A DNA stretch of 64,000 bases. Source: Ruminiclostridium sp. Lineage in GTDB: Bacteria; Bacillota; Clostridia; Oscillospirales; Ruminococcaceae. Position 1 is the stretch's first letter. Each line of letters starts with the position of its first letter. Of this stretch, positions 9,464 through 16,419 are shown one piece after another. A program made the translations under genes and the position numbers. The DNA is taken from NCBI GenBank assembly GCA_017635675.1, contig JAGBLA010000203.1, forward strand, positions 20,842-84,841, given 5' to 3'. The notes under the pieces were generated by a model. That model had not been told where the DNA came from. It was given only the letters and a program-made list of their open reading frames with translations, and did no database searches.

Positions 9464-10942
9464 ATGATAACAAACATTCCGGAAGTAAAGCTCGGTCTTA
9501 TAGCAGTTTCAAGAGACTGCTTCCCTATCGCGCTCTCGGAAAAGCGCCGCTCGGCTATAAAGGCCGCTTACAAGGGTGAGCTTTACGAATGTCCCGTCAC
9601 GGTGGAGAATGAGCTGGATATGCTCAAAGCTGTGGAGGACGTGAACAAGCAGAACTGCAACGCTCTCGTGGTGTTCCTCGGAAACTTCGGTCCCGAGACT
9701 CCCGAGACCCTTATCGCCGAGAAGTTCGACGGTCCGTGTATGTTCGTTGCTGCCGCTGAGGGCGACGGTGACATGATAAACGGCAGAGGCGACGCGTACT
9801 GCGGTATGCTCAACTGCTCCTACAACCTCGGCATGAGACACCTCAAGGGCTATATCCCCTCCTACCCCGTCGGCACAGCGGACGACATCGCAAAGATGAT
9901 AGCTGACTTCGTTCCCGCAGCACGCGCATACATAGGAGTAAAGAACCTCAAGATAATCACTTTCGGTCCGAGACCTCAGGATTTCTTCGCCTGCAACGCG
10001 CCTATCAAGGGTCTGTATGAGCTTGGTGTGGAGATAGAGGAGAACTCCGAGCTCGACCTTCTCGTTTCGTTCAAGGAGCACGCAAATGACCCCCGTATCC
10101 CCGAGGTCTGTGCGGATATGGCAAAGGAAATGGGCGAGGGCAGGTACTATCCCGAGATGAGCGAGAGAATGGCTCAGTTTGAGCTCACGCTCCTCGACTG
10201 GGCGGAAAAGCACAAGGGCGCGCGCAAGTATGTGGCGTTCGCGGATAAGTGCTGGCCTGCTTTCCCGTCGCAGTTCGGCTTTGAGCCCTGCTACGTCAAC
10301 AGCCGTCTCGCGAGCCGCGGCATTCCCGTTTCCTGCGAGGTCGATATCTACGGCGCTCTCAGCGAATACATAGGTATCTGCATATCCTCCGATACCGTTA
10401 CCCTGCTTGACATCAACAACTCCGTTCCTCAGTATATCTACGACGAGGACATCAAGGGCAAATACGACTACGCGCTTACCGATACATTCATGGGCTTCCA
10501 CTGCGGCAATACCCCCGAGTGCAAGATGTGCTCCGACAGAGCTGTCAAGTACCAGCTCATACAGCACAGACTTCTCGAACCCGAGGGAAGTGACCCCGAC
10601 TTCACACGCGGCACGCTTGAGGGCGATATCGCGGCGAGCAATGTCACATTCTACCGCCTGCAGTGCGACTCCGAGGGCGTGCTCCGCTCCTACATCGCTG
10701 AGGGCGAGATACTCGATGTCAAGACCCGCTCCTTCGGCGGCATAGGAATTTTCGCTATCAAGGAAATGGGACGCTTCTACCGTCATGTGCTTATCGAAAA
10801 GCGCTTCCCGCACCACGGCGCAGTCGCTTTCGGTCACTACGGAAAGCTCCTCTACGAGACATTCAGGCTGCTGGGTGTGCAGGACATCGGTTTCGCGCGT
10901 CCCAAGGGAATGCTGTACAGAACGGAAAATCCCTTCTCTTAA
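9464..10942 (+). CDS. L-fucose/L-arabinose isomerase family protein
   Basis: LGNFGPE, RGDAYCG, CEVDIYG, FHCGN and PHHGAV motifs; strong codon bias. Confidence 0.8.
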   Translation: MITNIPEVKLGLIAVSRDCFPIALSEKRRSAIKAAYKGELYECPVTVENELDMLKAVEDVNKQNCNALVVFLGNFGPETPETLIAEKFDGPCMFVAAAEGDGDMINGRGDAYCGMLNCSYNLGMRHLKGYIPSYPVGTADDIAKMIADFVPAARAYIGVKNLKIITFGPRPQDFFACNAPIKGLYELGVEIEENSELDLLVSFKEHANDPRIPEVCADMAKEMGEGRYYPEMSERMAQFELTLLDWAEKHKGARKYVAFADKCWPAFPSQFGFEPCYVNSRLASRGIPVSCEVDIYGALSEYIGICISSDTVTLLDINNSVPQYIYDEDIKGKYDYALTDTFMGFHCGNTPECKMCSDRAVKYQLIQHRLLEPEGSDPDFTRGTLEGDIAASNVTFYRLQCDSEGVLRSYIAEGEILDVKTRSFGGIGIFAIKEMGRFYRHVLIEKRFPHHGAVAFGHYGKLLYETFRLLGVQDIGFARPKGMLYRTENPFS

Positions 10943-11014
10943 ACCACGTTATCATCACTTTCATGGATATTTCGGCAAAGATATGGTATCATATTACCGA
11001 AAGGCTGTGATCGT

Positions 11015-11176
11015 ATGAATATGATAGTATGCGCGAACGACTGCCGCTACCAGAAGGACGGCTACTGCACCCTTGAGGGGAGAGCCGTGATAACCAACGC
11101 GGTAAGCTCGCCGTGCTGCTACTACGAAAAGAATGTCCGTGCCGGCGGTGCGGATAAAAATGAAAAGACAGGCTGA
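11015..11176 (+). CDS. Small Cys-rich protein (53 aa), below ORF-track cutoff
   Basis: MNMIVCANDCRYQKDGYCTLEGRAVITNAVSSPCCYYEKNVRAGGADKNEKTG*; GAAAGG upstream; fills the gap between two plus-strand genes. Confidence 0.7.
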   Translation: MNMIVCANDCRYQKDGYCTLEGRAVITNAVSSPCCYYEKNVRAGGADKNEKTG

Positions 11177-11201
11177 ATGCCTGAAAGGAGTTGCTTACCC
11201 A

Positions 11202-12806
11202 ATGAAGAAATCAGTCAAAGCCGTTTCGGCACTGCTCACTTCTGCGCTTATCGTTGGCGCGGCAGGCTGCGGAGGCGGCGGAAGAACACCCGCGGCAGGC
11301 GGGAACGGCGGCAGTGACGCGGCAGGCGGTGCGGAAACCGCTGCCACATCGGCAGTCACCACCACGGAAGACCCCAACAAGGCTATCGACACAGAGGTGA
11401 ATTTTGAAGACCTCGCAAACATCGATGAGGTCGATACTCAGAACGAAGAGGGCGCAGGCAAGCTGTACGAGTCCGGCAAGACCGCGGGCGTATGCCACGT
11501 TCTGAGCTGGTTCGACTTCACACAGATACAGCCCGAAAAGGATATCGCCGAGCTGTACGCCACACGCTTCGGCGGTACGGTAGAGACCGAGATAGTCGGC
11601 TCCACCGAGGTAGTTGAACGTCTCGGCGTGCTTATGCAGTCAGGTCAGTCCCCCGATATCATGCGAATGGGCGACGACTACTTCCCGAGCTACTTCATAA
11701 ACAACCGTTTTATGCCCATGGACGACTGGCTCGACATCAATTCCCCCGTATGGTCGGGAATAGGCGACGTCATCGAGCGTTACAGCTATAACGGCAAGCA
11801 CTACTACTGGCCTTATGCGGTGACAGCTACCGAGTACGGCGTTACATACTGCACCGCGGAGATCGAGAATATCGGAGGCACAGACCCCATGGATCTCTAC
11901 TTCTCGGGCGAGTGGACATGGGACGCTTTTGAAGACCTTATGCTCAAATGGAAGAACTTCAACACCGACAAGTACCCGCTTTCCATGCCCGAGAGCCTCG
12001 GTCTCCAGCTTGCGGCTACCACAGGCGTTCCCGCTATCGAATTCAAGGGCAACGAGATAATCAACAACATGAAGGACAAGAACGTTATGCGCGCTATGGA
12101 CTTCATTGAGAAGATCGCGCGTGAGGAGCTTATCTGGGAGGGCTGGCACGGCCCCGACGGACTTGACTCCTGGACAGGTACACTGTTCTTCGTAATGCCG
12201 CTTGACTGGGCTCTTCCCTGCGGTCAGGAAATTTGGTTCAAGAACAACTTTGAGGGCGAGATAAGAACCGTTCCCATGCCCCGCGACCCCAACTCCGACA
12301 CATACTATATGTACGGTGCGGCATCGGGATATGTAGTTCCCGCAGGTGCGCTCAATCCCCAGGGTGCTGCATCCTTCCTGCTCGCGTCGAGAATGTACGC
12401 TACCGACCCCGACGTAATCGAAAAGACACGTGAAGAAAAGCTGTACAACGGCGGCTACTACTACATCAAGTGCCCCGAGTGCAAGCATGAATTTGAGAGC
12501 GAGAGAGACGAAGTCGGCGCTGTATGCCCCGAGTGCAACACTCCCAGAAAGGCAAAGTGGAAGCTCACCTACACTCCCGAGCAGATGCAGGTATATGACG
12601 ACCTTGTAGATACATCGAAGTTCACATTCGTGTTCGACTGCCACCGCGGTTTCGGCGTAGACACAAGACAGAACATCATCGACATCTTCGACCTTCCCGC
12701 AAAGGGGACCGAGTCCTATAACCAGATGCTCGACGAGTATTACAATGTTGTGGAAGCTGTATTCGACAGCTACCGCGCAACTATCAAGGAAGCTGCAAAC
12801 GCGTAA
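11202..12806 (+). CDS. Extracellular solute-binding lipoprotein (ABC carbohydrate type) with CxxC-x14-CxxC insert
   Basis: Start MKKSVK after GAAAGGAG; lipobox GAAGC; Gly/Ala/Thr linker; SBP motifs SGQSPDI, GEWTWDAF, VPMPRDP. Confidence 0.8.
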   Translation: MKKSVKAVSALLTSALIVGAAGCGGGGRTPAAGGNGGSDAAGGAETAATSAVTTTEDPNKAIDTEVNFEDLANIDEVDTQNEEGAGKLYESGKTAGVCHVLSWFDFTQIQPEKDIAELYATRFGGTVETEIVGSTEVVERLGVLMQSGQSPDIMRMGDDYFPSYFINNRFMPMDDWLDINSPVWSGIGDVIERYSYNGKHYYWPYAVTATEYGVTYCTAEIENIGGTDPMDLYFSGEWTWDAFEDLMLKWKNFNTDKYPLSMPESLGLQLAATTGVPAIEFKGNEIINNMKDKNVMRAMDFIEKIAREELIWEGWHGPDGLDSWTGTLFFVMPLDWALPCGQEIWFKNNFEGEIRTVPMPRDPNSDTYYMYGAASGYVVPAGALNPQGAASFLLASRMYATDPDVIEKTREEKLYNGGYYYIKCPECKHEFESERDEVGAVCPECNTPRKAKWKLTYTPEQMQVYDDLVDTSKFTFVFDCHRGFGVDTRQNIIDIFDLPAKGTESYNQMLDEYYNVVEAVFDSYRATIKEAANA

Positions 12807-12825
12807 GCTCCCATAGTTAAAAATA

Positions 12826-12874
12826 CAAAAAGCGCTGCTTACAGGCGTTCCGCCTGTAAGACAGCGCTTTTTTG
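12826..12874 (+). terminator. Intrinsic terminator; left boundary of the AT-rich island
   Basis: AAAAAGCGCTG-CTTACAGGCG-ttc-CGCCTGTAAG-aCAGCGCTTTTTT. Confidence 0.85.
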
Positions 12875-12920
12875 TCTGTCACGGCATTTGAAAAGTACGA
12901 TGCATTATTCTTGAATATTG

Positions 12921-12949
12921 TTGACTTTTCAGGAAATTTGTGGTATAAT
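12921..12949 (+). promoter_or_regulatory. Near-consensus sigmaA promoter upstream of the tandem array
   Basis: TTGACT-17 nt-TATAAT with extended -10 TG. Confidence 0.75.
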
Positions 12950-12999
12950 ATAATAGAACGGTAATGTTATGATATTATCGTAAGAACTTTAAGAAAGTT

Positions 13000-13041
13000 A
13001 TGCCTGAAGTCAAAGAGAACAAATCAGAAAACGATAATTAA
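13000..13041 (+). CDS. Putative micro-peptide 1 (MPEVKENKSENDN)
   Basis: ATG CCT GAA GTC AAA GAG AAC AAA TCA GAA AAC GAT AAT TAA; homologous to the peptides in units 2-4; weak SD. Confidence 0.4.
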   Translation: MPEVKENKSENDN

Positions 13042-13062
13042 TGTTATGAAAGGAATTTGATT

Positions 13063-13470
13063 ATGTTAATGGATTGTAATATGGTAACAAAAGACGGAAA
13101 GAAAATGATGTATCTGATTTCTCTCGGTGTTAATAAAGACTGTGAAGATTATGATGCGATTTGGACAGAGTTAAAAAGAAGAATGGCGGCTGTTAGCATA
13201 CCTATAGTGCGTGTTGATTGGGTTTTGTATGACGATAATGGAAAGGCTCATGATTATAGCGACTTTTTATTCTATGCTCAAAAATTTGAAATTGGTATGG
13301 GTTTCATTATGGGTATATTGGATGAACACGAATTACGTTCTAATTTAGAGTTTTGCAATTTTTTCAACGGTGATGCTTATAAAAACGATCCAAAACGATA
13401 TAAGGCAGAAGATTCACTTGAAACTACAAAACAGTTTATTCAAAAGTTTCATCCTAACGAAATTTGGTAA
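13063..13470 (+). CDS. Hypothetical 135-aa protein, array copy 1
   Basis: ATG at 13063 after GAAAGGA gives 135 aa, collinear with copies 2-4 (ORF track starts at the TTG at 13057). Confidence 0.9.
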   Translation: MLMDCNMVTKDGKKMMYLISLGVNKDCEDYDAIWTELKRRMAAVSIPIVRVDWVLYDDNGKAHDYSDFLFYAQKFEIGMGFIMGILDEHELRSNLEFCNFFNGDAYKNDPKRYKAEDSLETTKQFIQKFHPNEIW

Positions 13471-13490
13471 TTTGATAGAAGGTGATAGTT

Positions 13491-13529
13491 ATGCCCGTAG
13501 TCAAAGAAACAAAATCAGGAAACAAGTGA
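13491..13529 (+). CDS. Putative micro-peptide 2 (MPVVKETKSGNK)
   Basis: AGAAGGTGAT-agtt-ATG SD context; 12 codons plus TGA. Confidence 0.5.
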   Translation: MPVVKETKSGNK

Positions 13530-13555
13530 ATTACATTATTGAAAGGAATTAAACT

Positions 13556-13963
13556 ATGGAATTTAAAGCAAACATGTTGACAAAAGACGGAAAAAAAATG
13601 ATGTACCTAATCTATCTTGGTATAAATAAAGATTGTGAGGATTACGAGGCAATATGGTCAGAAATTAGAAGAAGAATGGCTGCTGTTAGCATTCCTATTA
13701 TTCCAGTAGATTGGGATTTGTTTGATGACAACAAAAACATATGTACAAAAGAAGATGGGTTATTCTATGCACAGACATTTGAAATTGGTATGGGATTTAT
13801 TATGGGTTTATTAGATACACACGAATTACGTTCAAATATAAGTTTTTGTAATTTTTATAACGGCGATGCCTATAAGACTAATCCGAAACGATATGACGCA
13901 GAAGATTCTCTTGAAACCACAAAACAATTCATCAAAAAGTTTCACCCCAATGAAATATGGTAA
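13556..13963 (+). CDS. Hypothetical 135-aa protein, array copy 2
   Basis: GAAAGGA RBS; intact paralog. Confidence 0.9.
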   Translation: MEFKANMLTKDGKKMMYLIYLGINKDCEDYEAIWSEIRRRMAAVSIPIIPVDWDLFDDNKNICTKEDGLFYAQTFEIGMGFIMGLLDTHELRSNISFCNFYNGDAYKTNPKRYDAEDSLETTKQFIKKFHPNEIW

Positions 13964-13983
13964 CTTGACAGAAGGTGATAGTT

Positions 13984-14022
13984 ATGCCCGAAGTCAAAGA
14001 AACAAAATCAGGAAACAAGTGA
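13984..14022 (+). CDS. Putative micro-peptide 3 (MPEVKETKSGNK)
   Basis: AGAAGGTGAT-agtt-ATG SD context; 12 codons plus TGA. Confidence 0.5.
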   Translation: MPEVKETKSGNK

Positions 14023-14048
14023 ATTACATTATTGAAAGGACTTAAACT

Positions 14049-14456
14049 ATGGAATTTAAAGCAAACATGTTGACAAAAGACGGAAAGAAAATGATGTATT
14101 TGATTTATCTCGGCGTAAATAAAGATTGTGAAGATTACGAGGCAGTATGGTCGGATTTAAAAAGAAAGATGTCAATTATTAGCGAACCAATTATTCCTGT
14201 GAACTGGGATTTATTTGACGACAATGGAAAAGTGTGCACAAAAGAAGACGGTTTATTTTATGCCAAAACATTCGAAACAGGAATGGGATTTGTGTCAGGA
14301 ATATTGAAAATTCACGAAATTCGTTCTAATTTAGAGTTTTGTAATTTTTATAATGGTGATGCATATAGAACAAATCCAAAACGATATGATGCAGAAGATT
14401 CTCTTAGAATTACAAAACAATTAGTAAAAAAATATCGTCCCGATGAAATATGGTAA
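14049..14456 (+). CDS. Hypothetical 135-aa protein, array copy 3
   Basis: GAAAGGA RBS; intact paralog. Confidence 0.9.
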   Translation: MEFKANMLTKDGKKMMYLIYLGVNKDCEDYEAVWSDLKRKMSIISEPIIPVNWDLFDDNGKVCTKEDGLFYAKTFETGMGFVSGILKIHEIRSNLEFCNFYNGDAYRTNPKRYDAEDSLRITKQLVKKYRPDEIW

Positions 14457-14476
14457 CTTGACAGAAGGTGATAGTT

Positions 14477-14515
14477 ATGCCCGAAGTCAAAGAAACAAAA
14501 TCAGGAAACAAGTGA
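14477..14515 (+). CDS. Putative micro-peptide 4 (MPEVKETKSGNK)
   Basis: Identical to peptide 3, same SD. Confidence 0.5.
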   Translation: MPEVKETKSGNK

Positions 14516-14541
14516 ATTACATTATTGAAAGGACTTAAACT

Positions 14542-14949
14542 ATGGAATTTAAAGCAAACATGTTGACAAAAGATGGAAAGAAAATGATGTATTTAATCTC
14601 TCTTGGCGTCAATAAAGATTGTGAAGATTATGATGCAATTTGGACAGAATTAAAAAGAAGAATGGCAGCTGTTAGCATACCAATAATTCCTGTAGATTGG
14701 GTTTTGTATGACGATAATGGAGAATCTTATGATTATAGCAATTGTTTGTTTTACGCTCAAACATTTGAAACCGGAATGGGATTTGTAACAAGCATATTAG
14801 ACACGCACGAATTGCGTTCAAATTTAGAGTTTTGCTGTTTTTTAAACGGCGATGCTTATAAAAATAATACAAGAGAATATCACGCCGAAGATGCACTTGA
14901 AAATACCAAAAGATGGATTAAAAAATATCACCCAAACGAAGTATGGTAA
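14542..14949 (+). CDS. Hypothetical 135-aa protein, array copy 4
   Basis: GAAAGGA RBS; intact paralog. Confidence 0.9.
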   Translation: MEFKANMLTKDGKKMMYLISLGVNKDCEDYDAIWTELKRRMAAVSIPIIPVDWVLYDDNGESYDYSNCLFYAQTFETGMGFVTSILDTHELRSNLEFCCFLNGDAYKNNTREYHAEDALENTKRWIKKYHPNEVW

Positions 14950-14976
14950 TGATTATCTATATAACGAGGTATAAGT

Positions 14977-16287
14977 ATGTCTGAAAAATCAAATCATTTC
15001 CCCACTACGATACATGACTTTCTCACGGAGTACGCTCAAAGCGATACTATAAGACTGCACATGCCCGGGGGCAAGGGGGCAGACTTCCCGCTGGATATCA
15101 CCGAGATAAACGGCGCGGACGTACTGTACGAGTGCAGCGGGATAATCCGCGAAAGCGAGCGAAATACCGCGAAGCTGTACGGCGCGGCGGAGACCTGCTA
15201 TTCCTGCGGCGGCTCGACGCTCGCGATACAGGCGATGCTCTACGCGGCGTGCCAGAGGTCGGGAAAGCGAAAGATAGCCGCGGGGCGGTACTCCCACAAA
15301 AGTCTGATAAACACGGCGATACTGCTGGGGCTGGACGTGAACTGGATATACCCCGAGGAGTTCCTCGGCTGCGGACTATCTCCCGAAGCTATCGGCAAGG
15401 CTATCGACAGCGACACGGCTGCGGTATTCGTGAACTCGGTGGACTACCTCGGCGGTGAATGTGATATAGAAGCTGCGGCGCGGGTGTGCAGGAAACGCGG
15501 AGTGCCGCTGCTCACGGATAACGCTCACGGCGCGTACAAGGTGTTCACAGGCGGTCACCCTATCGCACTCGGTGCCGATATGTGCGCCGACAGCGCCCAC
15601 AAGACGCTCCCCGCGCTCACGGGGGCAGCGTATCTTCATCTTGCCGACAGCTCTTATCTCGCCGACGCAAAAGCAGGTATGGCGATATTCGGCAGCTCCT
15701 CGCCGTCATACCTTATCCTCGACAGCCTTGACCTTTGCGCCCGATACATAGCGGAGCAGCGTGACGACGCTCTGCGCGCAGCGGAACGGGTACGAGAGCT
15801 TAAAGCGCGGCTCACCGCCGACGGCATAACGCTGCGGCAGAGCGACGATATGCGCATAACGCTTGACGCGCTATCGCTTGGATATACCGGGTATGAAGCG
15901 GGACAGTTCCTGCGGCTGCACGGTGCCGAGCCGGAAATGTGCGATGAGCGTTACACCGTGCTGCTGTTCTCGACGGTGCAGCCTGAACGGGACTTTGCGG
16001 CTGTGTACGATATACTGCGGAAAATGCCGCAGAAGGCGCCGCTTACGTGCGAAAACGAGCCTTTGCTCATGCCCGAGAAGGTGCTCACGCCCCGGGAGGC
16101 TTTCTTCGCCCCCAAAATCACGATACCCTCGGAGCCCGCTTACTCGGAGGGGCGGATATGCGCGGGAGTTTTCTCACCCTGCCCGCCCTGTGTGCCGATA
16201 GTCATGCCCGGCGAGCGTATCTCCGCAGATGCGGCGCACGCGCTCGTCCGCTACGGCGTCACGAACATCGACGTTGTGAACGAATAA
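14977..16287 (+). CDS. PLP-dependent Orn/Lys/Arg decarboxylase family protein (YaaO-like)
   Basis: RLHMPGGKG, DITEI, DNAHGA, SAHKTLPAL (PLP Lys), SSSPSY, PCPPCVPIVMPGE. Confidence 0.88.
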   Translation: MSEKSNHFPTTIHDFLTEYAQSDTIRLHMPGGKGADFPLDITEINGADVLYECSGIIRESERNTAKLYGAAETCYSCGGSTLAIQAMLYAACQRSGKRKIAAGRYSHKSLINTAILLGLDVNWIYPEEFLGCGLSPEAIGKAIDSDTAAVFVNSVDYLGGECDIEAAARVCRKRGVPLLTDNAHGAYKVFTGGHPIALGADMCADSAHKTLPALTGAAYLHLADSSYLADAKAGMAIFGSSSPSYLILDSLDLCARYIAEQRDDALRAAERVRELKARLTADGITLRQSDDMRITLDALSLGYTGYEAGQFLRLHGAEPEMCDERYTVLLFSTVQPERDFAAVYDILRKMPQKAPLTCENEPLLMPEKVLTPREAFFAPKITIPSEPAYSEGRICAGVFSPCPPCVPIVMPGERISADAAHALVRYGVTNIDVVNE

Positions 16288-16293
16288 TATCTT

Positions 16294-16320
16294 CCCCCGC
16301 TTCGGCGGGGTTTCGCTTTA
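16294..16320 (+). terminator. Intrinsic terminator
   Basis: CCCCGC-ttcg-GCGGGG followed by TTT. Confidence 0.65.
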
Positions 16321-16347
16321 AAAAACGCTTTTATTTCGTTAAAAAAC

Positions 16348-16376
16348 TTGCAAATCGGGCGCGATTGGTATATAAT
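16348..16376 (+). promoter_or_regulatory. sigmaA promoter for rodA/ftsW
   Basis: TTGCAA-17 nt-TATAAT. Confidence 0.65.
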
Positions 16377-16419
16377 AGTATTATGTGAAATCATACAAAC
16401 AACCGGAAGAAAGGTCAGG

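Larger units (their letters stand above)
13000..14949 (+). repeat. Tandem array of four ~493-bp AT-rich units (peptide ORF + 135-aa ORF)
   Basis: Large-ORF starts at 13063, 13556, 14049, 14542 (period exactly 493). Spacers 13964-14048 and 14457-14541 are identical; 13471-13555 differs at 4 of 85 positions. Confidence 0.97.

Noticed and set aside
13370-13552. 60-aa ORF overlapping array copy 1, and antisense ORF 14672-14896
   Set aside because: Off-frame or antisense to well-supported genes, no RBS, and not reported at equivalent positions in the other units.
13961-13987. Integron attC-like site (TAAC...GTTATGC) in the spacers
   Set aside because: The cores are only ~16 nt apart, far shorter than an attC; there is no extended palindrome and no integrase in the window.
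13965-13995. TTGACA in the spacers as an internal promoter for each cassette
   Set aside because: No -10 hexamer at 16-18 nt, and the first spacer reads TTGATA.
13000-14949. CRISPR array interpretation of the periodic repeats
   Set aside because: The period is 493 bp, the constant part is 85-130 bp, the intervening sequences are homologous intact ORFs, and no cas genes are present.
13063-14949. Diversity-generating retroelement (TR/VR pair)
   Set aside because: No reverse transcriptase is present; differences span whole genes and are not restricted to adenine positions.
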